In this document: piece by piece, positions 35,943 to 45,321 of the stretch
How the letters are laid out: every line of letters starts with the position of its first letter
Position numbering within the stretch: the first letter of the stretch is position 1
Sequence record: NC_018859.1
Direction: 5' to 3' (one strand)
Origin: Escherichia phage ECBP2
DNA length: 64,000 nucleotides
Notes under the pieces: model-generated
The model's input: the letters and a program-made list of their open reading frames with translations, nothing else
What the model was told of the DNA's origin: nothing
The model's database searches: none
Program-made: the position numbers and the translations under genes

Positions 35943-37387
35943 GAGTTTCTATTTCCTTGTACAGATGATGCCAAATTGTTAATCATGTTGCGAGCTGTTT
36001 CACGAGATAGTGTAACACCTGCTAAGTTGTTATGAAGCTCACCAGATAGTTCACGAGCAGCAGCTCGAAGTTCTGCACCAAGTGCAGTGTCAGAGTGAGC
36101 CAGACCGTTACGACGACCGACAGGTCGAGGAGTATTGTTAGCATCATTAGCTAAAGATGGAAAATCAATACGAGCAGCTTCACGAGCCGCTATCGCTGCT
36201 ACTCGATCTTCCGTAGGGGTTGGCAAATCACCAACTTCTACACGTTCTATATCACCAGCACATAGACCCTGAACAACTGAGCTTACTGTTTCCCATGAAC
36301 GATGAGAACGCTGTAAATCACCCATTGACGGAGAAGGAATAGGACGAGCAGTTCCCCCTTGAACATGCCATGTACGGTTGTGGGTGTCCGTCCCAGAAGA
36401 ACGTGCACTACCAAAACTACCATTAAAAGTATTACGAGGGTCCATTGTAGAAGGGGCTGCGAATCTTGGGACTTCCTGTTGCCAAGAGTCACGTCTGTTG
36501 GTTCCCGGAGTCCAAGGTTGTGTGATTGCTTCAGCACCGATAGTGGTTAATCCACTAGACCATTCTGTCTGTAGGTTAACTTCCTCGTCCAGATAACTAC
36601 GACCCCTTTCCTGAGGAATGTTTAATATAGTTTCCATCATCTTCAGGGTATAATGACGACGCTGATTCTGATATAAATTTACACCAGCCATAGGTCCAAC
36701 TAAATCACTAATCAGGTGAACTTCTGGCTCACCGAAAGCTCCCATTGCAAGGTGCATATATTCGGTAGAACTGCTATAAACTGCAACAGTTGCTTCAGGC
36801 CACTTCTTGTGAACGTACTTCATTTCACGACTAGATACCACAGGAATGTCACGAGTGTATGACATTGCAAACAAACCTTCGTTTGACACATACAGATTAC
36901 CAAGAGTCATAAACCCTTGACAGATCATAGGGAAGCGACGGCTTAAAGTATCCATATCCAAAGGTAGATTAATCATCATCTGGATTTTAACTTGATCAAT
37001 CTCAATTTCCAGAATCTCTTGGAAAGTGAAAAGCGCTTCAGCATAGGTTGTCCCGTTAACAGGCTGAATTAGTCGAGATGTAACTTGAAGCCCCTTACTC
37101 TCTGTCCAAGACAAGAAGTTGTCAAGGAACAGTGCAGCATTACTTACGTTAGCAGGGCTGTTTTCCTGACGAGTGTTCCAACGGAATCCCCCTTGAACTA
37201 GGAAGATATCAACATCATTCGGAGTTCGATTTTGGAAGAACGTATCACGGATAGCACCACCTGCAATGACAGGATAGATACCATCAGGGACTACGTTATC
37301 TCTGATCAAATTACGAATTAGGTCAAGCCCTACACTGAGGGCTTCTCCTTCTTGAAGGTTCAATTCAGACAATGGAATCTTAATCAT
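35939..37387 (-). CDS. Pol-beta-superfamily nucleotidyltransferase (CCA-adding/poly(A)-polymerase-like head) with long C-terminal extension
   Basis: YPVIAGGAIRDTFFQNRTPNDVDIFLVQ matches the GG[AV]xRD...DxD head motif of class II tRNA nucleotidyltransferases; 482 aa. Confidence 0.5.
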   Translation of the reverse strand: MIKIPLSELNLQEGEALSVGLDLIRNLIRDNVVPDGIYPVIAGGAIRDTFFQNRTPNDVDIFLVQGGFRWNTRQENSPANVSNAALFLDNFLSWTESKGLQVTSRLIQPVNGTTYAEALFTFQEILEIEIDQVKIQMMINLPLDMDTLSRRFPMICQGFMTLGNLYVSNEGLFAMSYTRDIPVVSSREMKYVHKKWPEATVAVYSSSTEYMHLAMGAFGEPEVHLISDLVGPMAGVNLYQNQRRHYTLKMMETILNIPQERGRSYLDEEVNLQTEWSSGLTTIGAEAITQPWTPGTNRRDSWQQEVPRFAAPSTMDPRNTFNGSFGSARSSGTDTHNRTWHVQGGTARPIPSPSMGDLQRSHRSWETVSSVVQGLCAGDIERVEVGDLPTPTEDRVAAIAAREAARIDFPSLANDANNTPRPVGRRNGLAHSDTALGAELRAAARELSGELHNNLAGVTLSRETARNMINNLASSVQGNRNS

Positions 37388-37389
37388 TT

Positions 37390-37938
37390 CTACATTTTCC
37401 AGTTGAGAGATGGGGGATTCTTATAATCAAATCCTGCCATTTGGCAAAGACACATATAAACCTTAACTGTTAAGTTAACGTCTTGCTCACAATATGTGAA
37501 CATGTCTTCAGTGAATGCATCCCATGCTTCTTCCTGCTCACCATAATCACCCTTCAGCTCACCCAGAAATTCGCCCCATTGCTTGAGGCCGTGACCACGA
37601 GGGCCATGTCTTGGGTCGCCTTTGGGATATTCTGGATTGTCTCCAATACGGTCAGGCTTGAGATAACGACTCAGGCAAAGTGTATCGAAAACATTGAAGT
37701 GGAAAGGTATTACATGAGAGTAGAATTTAAAGAGAGCTGGAAGGTCGAAGTCGATAATGTTATGACCTACAACTACATCAGCTTCTTTCAGTTTGTGAAG
37801 AGCTTCTTCAATTTGGTGAGGGCGATACCCCCACCGTTCACCTGTAAGAGCATCAAATATCCAGATACACCAGACATTTTGGATGCCCTCATAGAGATTA
37901 TCACCCTCGATATCGAAGGCGAATATTTTCTTTACCAA
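37390..37938 (-). CDS. DNA polymerase 3'-5' proofreading exonuclease domain (separate gene)
   Basis: AFDIEGDNL (Exo I), [13 protein letters not shown] (Exo II), YCEQDVNLT (Exo III); aligns with the N-terminal ~190 aa of T7 DNA polymerase. Confidence 0.8.
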   Translation of the reverse strand: MVKKIFAFDIEGDNLYEGIQNVWCIWIFDALTGERWGYRPHQIEEALHKLKEADVVVGHNIIDFDLPALFKFYSHVIPFHFNVFDTLCLSRYLKPDRIGDNPEYPKGDPRHGPRGHGLKQWGEFLGELKGDYGEQEEAWDAFTEDMFTYCEQDVNLTVKVYMCLCQMAGFDYKNPPSLNWKM

Positions 37939-39722
37939 GGTCGTGCCTCCCCGTCTTGTGTGAGCAGAGAAGCTGCATCCTCACCATTGGTCAAGACAAA
38001 CGGATTAGCTTCATCAACTTCATGATCTTCTCGTTCTACAAGTCGACCTGTTTCATTGATGTACTTGGTGTAGCAAACACCTGTCTGACCATAGTTACGC
38101 TCTTTGAGGAGTCGTATGATTGACAAGTTCTTGCCTAACCCATCAGCTTGCTTATCTCGTTCAAAACCAATGATGCACTGACACCAACGCATTAGTGAAC
38201 GTGAACCAGTGAACTGAACCTCTTTCACCTGTCCACCTTCTTCGTGAGGAGCACCACCTGCCGGAGCATTCAAGTGAGATAATACAAAAGCAGTGAAGTC
38301 TAATTCCTTACACATACCAGCAAGCTCTGAGGCAATCTTACTGATTTCTGTATTCACTTCAGATGGGGTTAGGTGAGAGACTAGCGCAGTGATGTTATCA
38401 AGAATGATAAACTTACACTGATTCTCGACTACCCAGAAGCGAATACACTGCTTAATATCATCCCACTCATTCTGACCGAAGTTATCATACAAGAAGAATT
38501 TATCAGCATAACGAAGTGCTTCATCACGTAGCTGAGATTCCTCATATTCAACATCAGGTCGGTGGAAAGGTACAGATGCTGACTTACCTGCAATGTTTTT
38601 AACAGACATGCCTACCTTCTCTTCCAAGAAGAAGCCACCACCATTAAACCCATGTTCAAGGCAAAGCCATGCTACCAGTTCGTGTGCGATCAGGGTTTTA
38701 CCTGAACCAACACCACCACCGATTGCAACCATCTCTCCCCAACGAATACCGAAGGTCATTTCATTCAGAGTTTTCCACGGATAAGGAATACCCCACTCCG
38801 CTTTCTTCAGAGCATCTTCTAAACAATCAAAGACAGTAACAGCACCAGCAGGTGATTCCCGCTTCGCTGAATATTTCAGATTGTTGAATAACTCTTGACC
38901 TCGACCAGCGAGTAACATGTCATTTGCATCTTTGATTTCCTTCTCTTGACCATTGTAAGTGAAGGTTCCTTTCGGAATACGAGCAAATTTAACATGGGGG
39001 TATAATGCACGACCTTTAGTTAATGCAATCTCACCTGCATCATCATTGTCCATGCAGAGCACAATCTCCTCAAAACCATTCAAGAAGTCACGGTTACGTG
39101 AGAGAACGGAAGAGATTGAACCTGCACCAAACGGTAGAGATACACACGCAGGTTTGATGTTTGTAGCGTTCGTAAACGCAGTGAGCACATGGAAGCCAGA
39201 CATACAAGAGAGTGGGTCTTCAAAGATGAAGAGCTTCTTGTTGTACACGTCACCACGTTGTGCTTGAGCCATACCGAATAGGTCAGCTTCTTTAACACTG
39301 CCGATGTAATAGAATTTCTTGCTGTCCAGAAGCTTAACTTCATAACCAACAATGTTTCCATCACGTTCACGAGGGAAGAAATAACTATCAGGAGTTTGCC
39401 CATCCGTCTGACTTAAACCGATACGACATTCATATCGTTCAGAGACAGCTTTAGGAATCAAACGACGAGTAAGCTCGCCCTGAGGTAGCTCTAAGCAATC
39501 GTCTAAGATCTCTCGGAGTTCTTCAGGGGATAGTTCTTTCTTCTCATTCGGTGTAGGAGTTGTTCCCTTTTCGAAAACTTCATAACTGCCACAACGATTA
39601 CAACTGCCCCACTCTTCACCGGACTCTTCGTTTCGGAAGAGAATCATGTGATTGTGGGTCTTATCACGACCATGAGAGATACATTCCTTACAACCTGTAT
39701 CTCCTAGGATGATCTTTGACAT
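37932..39722 (-). CDS. primase-helicase (T7 gp4-like)
   Basis: N-terminal Cys4 zinc ribbon (CKEC...CNRC), primase region, Walker [10 protein letters not shown] of a DnaB-type helicase. Confidence 0.85.
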   Translation of the reverse strand: MSKIILGDTGCKECISHGRDKTHNHMILFRNEESGEEWGSCNRCGSYEVFEKGTTPTPNEKKELSPEELREILDDCLELPQGELTRRLIPKAVSERYECRIGLSQTDGQTPDSYFFPRERDGNIVGYEVKLLDSKKFYYIGSVKEADLFGMAQAQRGDVYNKKLFIFEDPLSCMSGFHVLTAFTNATNIKPACVSLPFGAGSISSVLSRNRDFLNGFEEIVLCMDNDDAGEIALTKGRALYPHVKFARIPKGTFTYNGQEKEIKDANDMLLAGRGQELFNNLKYSAKRESPAGAVTVFDCLEDALKKAEWGIPYPWKTLNEMTFGIRWGEMVAIGGGVGSGKTLIAHELVAWLCLEHGFNGGGFFLEEKVGMSVKNIAGKSASVPFHRPDVEYEESQLRDEALRYADKFFLYDNFGQNEWDDIKQCIRFWVVENQCKFIILDNITALVSHLTPSEVNTEISKIASELAGMCKELDFTAFVLSHLNAPAGGAPHEEGGQVKEVQFTGSRSLMRWCQCIIGFERDKQADGLGKNLSIIRLLKERNYGQTGVCYTKYINETGRLVEREDHEVDEANPFVLTNGEDAASLLTQDGEARPW

Positions 39723-39758
39723 GCTCTATCCTCCTTGGAATTCCTTGAGCAGACTTCT

Positions 39759-39965
39759 TCAATAAAACGAACGTATTTCTTCCCACACATCATCTTGAAG
39801 ACTTTTAAAACCCTGTAAAGCTGATTGGGTTCTCATGATAAAATCTTCAGAATGTTTATTGCGGTCAAGCATACTGACAAACTTATCATAACGGTTAATC
39901 TTCCACCGTAACTTTAAGTAATCAGACTCAAGCTTTCTCAGCTTCTGTCGCTCAATTACTGTCAT
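39759..39965 (-). CDS. hypothetical protein
   Basis: Track ORF 39759-40064; internal Met chosen to limit overlap with the upstream gene. Confidence 0.35.
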   Translation of the reverse strand: MTVIERQKLRKLESDYLKLRWKINRYDKFVSMLDRNKHSEDFIMRTQSALQGFKSLQDDVWEEIRSFY

Positions 39966-40383
39966 CCTGTTCACCTGCCAGATACGCTGTCCAATCACCA
40001 GATTCAACCAGAACATCTTGTTCTTCGTCGATATGATAAATCCACGCTTCCACAGTTTCACCACTATCCAGCACTACTGGAATTAGTGTACGATTATAGA
40101 AGGTATATGGGTTGTCTTTACCACGATAACCTTCCAGACCGTCATATGGACCTTCCAGACCAGCTTGAGTTGTTTCAAACACTTCCACACGAACAGGCTT
40201 ACCATTACTGTCATGTTCCAGAGATACACTTGGGAAGTATGCTGTGCAATACTGATACAGGTTACAGTTGTTTACTGTCCACCCTTCACCAATAGACACA
40301 CCACCTGCACGAGCGTTGATAGCGTGGTTGTGTTGACCTTTACGAAGAGAACCATACGTTGCAACTAATACTTTATCAGACAT
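39952..40383 (-). CDS. gamma-glutamyl cyclotransferase-like (AIG2/GGCT fold) protein
   Basis: VATYGSLRKGQHNH (YGSL motif) and LEGPYDGLEGYRGKDNPY resemble the GGCT core. Confidence 0.55.
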   Translation of the reverse strand: MSDKVLVATYGSLRKGQHNHAINARAGGVSIGEGWTVNNCNLYQYCTAYFPSVSLEHDSNGKPVRVEVFETTQAGLEGPYDGLEGYRGKDNPYTFYNRTLIPVVLDSGETVEAWIYHIDEEQDVLVESGDWTAYLAGEQDDSN

Positions 40384-40387
40384 TACA

Positions 40388-40585
40388 TTACCTTTTGTTT
40401 AGAATTTCTTTTGTACAAGAAGTCCCGTTACACACGAGAATTGTTTGAGTTACAGAATCGACAACCGTTACATGGCTGCCACATTGAGTTATAATTTGAC
40501 CTCTCCCTGAATCTTTAGAGATGCATTCATCAGCGGCGATTGCTGATACGCTGAATAAGGAGAGGAGGAGTAAAATCTTTTTCAT
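40388..40585 (-). CDS. secreted Cys-rich small protein
   Basis: Signal peptide MKKILLLLSLFSVSAIA; four Cys in a 48-aa mature part. Confidence 0.45.
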   Translation of the reverse strand: MKKILLLLSLFSVSAIAADECISKDSGRGQIITQCGSHVTVVDSVTQTILVCNGTSCTKEILNKR

Positions 40586-40591
40586 GACTGT

Positions 40592-41008
40592 TTACCAATC
40601 GTATAGGAAACCAGAATATCCGGAGAAAATGATTGATCGAACATCTTTTTCAGAGATTAGTTCAAAACTCTTCTTAACAGCTTCCACAAGATCACTGTTC
40701 GACAATTCTTTTTCCTTGAACCAATACTCTTCAAAAATATCAGAGAAGGTGTAGGTTCGATATCTCTCCAAGTCATAATAATGGTCTACTGCATAGTTAA
40801 TAACTCTGCTGATAGAGCTAGAAGCCACAGGGAAAAGGGAGCTGTGCTCCATAAACAGGCACCAGCGATTAAAGAGTGGTATGTCTTCATCTTTCAGAAG
40901 ACTCTCTAGCTCTTCCTTTGCCTCTTTCTTATGCTTCTCAAAGAGGTTTTTGGAATACTCTACGTCTAAGATACGACTTTTAAACATATCCAGTTTATTA
41001 TCAACCAT
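40592..41008 (-). CDS. hypothetical protein
   Basis: 138-aa ORF with GGAGG RBS. Confidence 0.45.
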   Translation of the reverse strand: MVDNKLDMFKSRILDVEYSKNLFEKHKKEAKEELESLLKDEDIPLFNRWCLFMEHSSLFPVASSSISRVINYAVDHYYDLERYRTYTFSDIFEEYWFKEKELSNSDLVEAVKKSFELISEKDVRSIIFSGYSGFLYDW

Positions 41009-41064
41009 TTACAACCTCCAGTTAAATTCGAACTAGCCTCCTCTTTCGAAGAGGCTAAAGCAAA

Positions 41065-41250
41065 TTATTCTACTTCGAAGTGTTTGATCACACCAGTCAA
41101 CACATCAGATTGGAATGTACCTACCAACTCCACTCCTCGGAAGAAGTTAACACTTGTTCCAAGCGATTCAAAACGCTCTGCTTGAATATCTAGAGATTGA
41201 ATATTACCTTCTGAGTTTACTGTACGAAACATGATTGTGTATTTATTCAC
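41065..41250 (-). CDS. hypothetical protein
   Basis: 61-aa ORF. Confidence 0.35.
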   Translation of the reverse strand: MNKYTIMFRTVNSEGNIQSLDIQAERFESLGTSVNFFRGVELVGTFQSDVLTGVIKHFEVE

Positions 41251-41489
41251 AGAGTTGTTACTCCCTTATCTTCTTGTGCAATTGCGATGATACGCTCAAC
41301 ACATTCCATTGAATATTTATCACCTCGTTTAAGGAAGGTGACAATTGCAGAGAACTGATTACCAATCATTCTCTTGTTTGTGATTCCAAACTCTTCACAG
41401 AGTTGGTTAATAGCTTTACGAGAACCAACAATCAGAGGTTCTTTTTGTTCGGTCATTCCACGACTGATCAAATCTTCGATAGACAACAT
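41247..41489 (-). CDS. hypothetical protein
   Basis: 80-aa ORF, ATGA overlap. Confidence 0.4.
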   Translation of the reverse strand: MLSIEDLISRGMTEQKEPLIVGSRKAINQLCEEFGITNKRMIGNQFSAIVTFLKRGDKYSMECVERIIAIAQEDKGVTTL

Positions 41490-41514
41490 TACAAATTCCT
41501 TTTGTTTTTTTTAA

Positions 41515-42762
41515 TTACAGAGTTACTGCTACTTCACTACCTTCAACAGTTACAGACTCTAACTTACGAGGGTTATTAATCTGTGCTGGATGGACTGGAA
41601 CGTTCCAACCACTGCGGTAGAAGTTACGACCATCGCAGAACAGAATGACATTGGCAGACATTGCATTAGGTTGCAGGTTGTTGTAAACATGACGAATATT
41701 TGCAATCCAGTAACCACGAGACAAAGTATAACCAGTAGGTGCATTACGAATAGTTTGAGTATTCATCTGACCTTCCAGTTGCATTTCTTCAGGAACCACA
41801 TCAACTGAATCAACCGGTTGTGCTACTTGGCCTTCCAGTGCAAAGTTTTCATCGTCAGCACTTTCACTGTCAGCAACCAACTCACCGTCTCCGTCTTCGA
41901 TTGGAGCTTCAACAGGAGTCTGGTAAACTACTTTATACTGAGGAGTATAGAGAGGGTTTTGAGCTTTAACAAACTCAAGGATGTTGTGACGGTAGATATC
42001 CAGAGTTGTGCCAGTTAGGCCCGGTGCTGTATTAACTTCCAGTACCCATGCTTCTTGACCTTTGGTGATGATATCAACTGCACCGAAATCTAGACCCATT
42101 GATTCAACAGCTTTCACTGCGTTGATCAGAGAGGCATCGTTCGGAACGTCTGTGAAGGAACTTGAGTAAACCCAACCAGTGTGATGGTTACGAACATCTT
42201 CACGATAGTTAGGGTCTTCACGATAACCGTTACGACGAATCTTTTTCTGAACATAGGTGATAGCACCTTTGAACACATGGACACGCCATTCACGACGTGG
42301 GCCTTGAATGCCTTTAGTGTACAGTTCAGCTCGACCAAGACCATCACCCGGTTCTACAACAACAATGCCCGAACCAGAGTGACCAGTCAGCTCATGGCGC
42401 TCATACACAATATTACCAGTGTTTGACCACTCTTGAGCAGTCTCTTGAACATCTGTGTATTCCACAGTTTTAACACCTGCTTGGCCCATCACGCTGAAAG
42501 CACGACGTTTGTTCGCTGCCATATGTAAGGCTGCGGTACGGTTAAGGACGGTTGCAGAACCAAAGAATGATTCAGGATAGCGACGGTTCCCGTAGTTAAC
42601 AACCACATCACCTTCACGAGAACGCCAGCGGCTATTCTCTGAAAGAAGACCCATCACGTTAGCATTGATGCGTTCATCACGGATAGTATCACTGATAGCA
42701 GATACCAGAGCGTTAACAGAATCAGACGGGCCATACGGAAGAACACGGATACGAGTAGTCAT
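41515..42762 (-). CDS. ATP-grasp ligase (RimK/GshB-like) with C-terminal extension
   Basis: VYERHELTGHSGSGIVVVE, REWRVHVFKG, GLDFGAVDIITKGQEAWVLEVNTAPGL match ATP-grasp motifs. Confidence 0.7.
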   Translation of the reverse strand: MTTRIRVLPYGPSDSVNALVSAISDTIRDERINANVMGLLSENSRWRSREGDVVVNYGNRRYPESFFGSATVLNRTAALHMAANKRRAFSVMGQAGVKTVEYTDVQETAQEWSNTGNIVYERHELTGHSGSGIVVVEPGDGLGRAELYTKGIQGPRREWRVHVFKGAITYVQKKIRRNGYREDPNYREDVRNHHTGWVYSSSFTDVPNDASLINAVKAVESMGLDFGAVDIITKGQEAWVLEVNTAPGLTGTTLDIYRHNILEFVKAQNPLYTPQYKVVYQTPVEAPIEDGDGELVADSESADDENFALEGQVAQPVDSVDVVPEEMQLEGQMNTQTIRNAPTGYTLSRGYWIANIRHVYNNLQPNAMSANVILFCDGRNFYRSGWNVPVHPAQINNPRKLESVTVEGSEVAVTL

Positions 42763-42763
42763 T

Positions 42764-42994
42764 TTAGATACCTTTTAGTTTAAGAATTTCGTTACGACAG
42801 GATTGAATTTTAACTTCGATTGCCCAATACTCGGCGAACATTTCGTCTTCTTGGTCATCGTTTGGTGAATCAATTAGGTTGAAAGCAAACGGATACAGCT
42901 TTCGCTGCTCCGTCACCATTTGTTGAAGTCGGAGCTGTTGATACTCCAGCATTGTCAGGTGAGGCTTAGCTCCCTTGCTTGACATGAGGCTCAA
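42764..42994 (-). CDS. hypothetical protein
   Basis: 76-aa ORF inside the ligase cluster. Confidence 0.4.
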   Translation of the reverse strand: MSLMSSKGAKPHLTMLEYQQLRLQQMVTEQRKLYPFAFNLIDSPNDDQEDEMFAEYWAIEVKIQSCRNEILKLKGI

Positions 42995-43199
42995 CTTTAA
43001 TCCCCTTCATTTTCACGTAGTCAGCCAACACGTTGTTAATAACGGTTGGAAAAGGGATTTCAACTGGAGAGTCAACCAGCTTCCCAATACCTTCTTGCAT
43101 CCACTTCTGAATGGCTCGAAGGTTATCACATCCTGTGCTTGTCATTGGGATACGTCGAGTAGTTACAACGTTATCCAACATCAATTTACGAACTTCCAT
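42966..43199 (-). CDS. hypothetical protein
   Basis: 77-aa ORF inside the ligase cluster. Confidence 0.4.
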   Translation of the reverse strand: MEVRKLMLDNVVTTRRIPMTSTGCDNLRAIQKWMQEGIGKLVDSPVEIPFPTVINNVLADYVKMKGIKVEPHVKQGS

Positions 43200-43210
43200 A
43201 ACTTCACCTC

Positions 43211-45244
43211 TTAATGTTTACCTTTACAGTAATCTGAATTACAGATCACCCTGTTTTCTTTGTTTAGTGAGCAAATTTCTGCATCACGCCACGGAATTTG
43301 TTTATAACAGACTGCACAAAACCCAATTGAAGTCCAGAGGGCTTTTGTGAACTCAGCTGTTCGTTGTCCGTCGTAACTGACAACTGTTTTTCGGAGAGTT
43401 GTTTGCTTTTCTGGAAATGTCTCCGCTTTCTCAGCGGGCACCTCCTTTGGGGCATTCTTTGGACCATAAACAGAGATGGCATAGGTATCGCCACCACGTT
43501 TTTCCAAATAAGAGTTTGGAACATCAGACAATTCAATGTCACCAGAACGTTTAGCTGAGCTGACCATTACAATCATCCGGCTAAGCATACGCTGATCAAC
43601 ACGAACTGCTACTTCAGGGCGGCGTGGGTTAGTTGTGTCAACTGCTTTAGTCCAAATGTAACCTTCAGACAATGTAGTGTTAGTCACTTTGTCTTTGATT
43701 TCTTTGGCACAGACATAACAAATGTCTTCACCACGCAGTTTACTCATTTCATTATCAAACTCGAAATCAGTTTTAACATTACCACACACAGCACAGACAC
43801 CCAAAGGAATGTCTTCATCTTCTTCAGATGGTTTGGAGAGTGCTTCGAAACAGGCCGGATGCCAATATGCTTGGTAAGCGAACACAGCTTTCTTAGCATC
43901 TTTCCAATCAATGTGCTTATCACAACCACCACAATCACCGTGAGAATGTGATTCCCAGAACTTACGAGTGACTTCTACACCATTCTTAGTGATGAAGGAG
44001 TCTTCTAAGTCAAAAGGGATATCATCATCAAAATCAGCGGTGGTGCTTTGAGGCTCCTTATCGGTAGCGTCAACAAACAGCCCTGAAGTTAGTACGAGGC
44101 GAATCATACTGTCCACTTCGGAGATACAAGCAACTGTCCCGCGATACACTACCTTTGGGTTTTCGAGAGCCTTCAAGTACTCACTCTTGGCTACATTATG
44201 AACATCACCCTCAACATATTCTTGAGCAGCATCATCATAAATATAACCAACCATCTTACCACGGTCAGTGTTGTTGTAAGCATGGAACTCGTGAGGGATG
44301 ATATCCACACGACCATCACGACGATATGGAAGACCACGATCGGCAGCCAGTTTATTCTGATCTTCAATCGCTTTACGACGGCGAATGTCTCCGCTTGTCA
44401 CGCCGGGCTTGTCGTCTTTGTTTCCGTAAATGTCGCTTGTGCTGCTGCTTGATTTGTTTGTCTGTTGGCTCTGATATAGTGAGGAGTTCGAGTAATAGCC
44501 GCCCCAGCGACTCGTTACCGTAAAAACCGGAAGCTTGTGCTCCACCTCTTGAGTCAGAGTCATACGGTTGCCAGACAAATCAAAGATGTATTCAGTTCCC
44601 ACTTTACACTCAAAGTGATCATTGATACGGTTCTTGTGTGACTTGGAACGATTAAGAATCCACATCAACATATCTTCTTCAGAAGCACCAAACCAATCCA
44701 GACCACAACGGGCCAGATGGAAAGGACGTTCATCGTTACGAATGATATGCAGAGTATTGTCTTTGGCGTCATGCCAGATTAAAGTGAACGCACCATCCAA
44801 CTTCTGGATAGTCTCTGCTGCACCAATGGTGTTGATTGAATGACAGATGTTTTCGCTATCAACTTCGAAGTTCTTATGGTCAGGTAACAGCTCTTGGTCC
44901 ATCAATGTACCATTGTGAACCAGAGTAATGTCACCATGAGAGAACGGGTGAGCATTTCGAGCATTGACAGCGCCACGAGTGGCATGTCGGCTATGACCAA
45001 CAATCCACGCTGGAGGAACTACATAGTTCGTAAGCCCCTTAGTAATATTCGTGTACTCTGTCTGAAGCATGAAAGCATAAGAAGGAAGTGCTTCTTTATA
45101 AGAAAACACTCTTGCATCACTTTTACGCTGACCGAACACACCAGTTGAGTGCTGACCACGGAAGACTCCGGCATACAGAAGCTGGTTGAATACGTCTAAG
45201 TCTGTGGAGGTCATGTTGCCCCCAGCTAATACGATACCACAAAT
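43211..45244 (-). CDS. class-II glutamine amidotransferase (Ntn hydrolase) with Cys-rich C-terminal region; probable AUU start
   Basis: In-frame upstream extension reads stop-K-I-CGIVLAGGNMTS...; CGIVLAGG...VFRGQHSTG...GHSRHATRGAVNARNAHPF...LVHNGTL is the GATase-II signature with the nucleophile Cys directly after an ATT codon; AGGTGGA RBS 7 nt upstream. Confidence 0.7.
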   Translation of the reverse strand: MCGIVLAGGNMTSTDLDVFNQLLYAGVFRGQHSTGVFGQRKSDARVFSYKEALPSYAFMLQTEYTNITKGLTNYVVPPAWIVGHSRHATRGAVNARNAHPFSHGDITLVHNGTLMDQELLPDHKNFEVDSENICHSINTIGAAETIQKLDGAFTLIWHDAKDNTLHIIRNDERPFHLARCGLDWFGASEEDMLMWILNRSKSHKNRINDHFECKVGTEYIFDLSGNRMTLTQEVEHKLPVFTVTSRWGGYYSNSSLYQSQQTNKSSSSTSDIYGNKDDKPGVTSGDIRRRKAIEDQNKLAADRGLPYRRDGRVDIIPHEFHAYNNTDRGKMVGYIYDDAAQEYVEGDVHNVAKSEYLKALENPKVVYRGTVACISEVDSMIRLVLTSGLFVDATDKEPQSTTADFDDDIPFDLEDSFITKNGVEVTRKFWESHSHGDCGGCDKHIDWKDAKKAVFAYQAYWHPACFEALSKPSEEDEDIPLGVCAVCGNVKTDFEFDNEMSKLRGEDICYVCAKEIKDKVTNTTLSEGYIWTKAVDTTNPRRPEVAVRVDQRMLSRMIVMVSSAKRSGDIELSDVPNSYLEKRGGDTYAISVYGPKNAPKEVPAEKAETFPEKQTTLRKTVVSYDGQRTAEFTKALWTSIGFCAVCYKQIPWRDAEICSLNKENRVICNSDYCKGKH

Positions 45245-45321
45245 TTTCTAATCCACCTGAAGGGTAAACCCTTTCATCTAATTAACCTTTAAATGCGCCC
45301 TTTATCAGAGCGCCCATTGTA

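Noticed and set aside
37483-38025. + strand ORF of 180 aa, and similar + strand ORFs at 45340-45732, 47577-47960 and 55923-56225
   Set aside because: They are antisense to well-supported - strand genes (exonuclease, amidoligase, polymerase-adjacent genes) and have no RBS; typical shadow ORFs.
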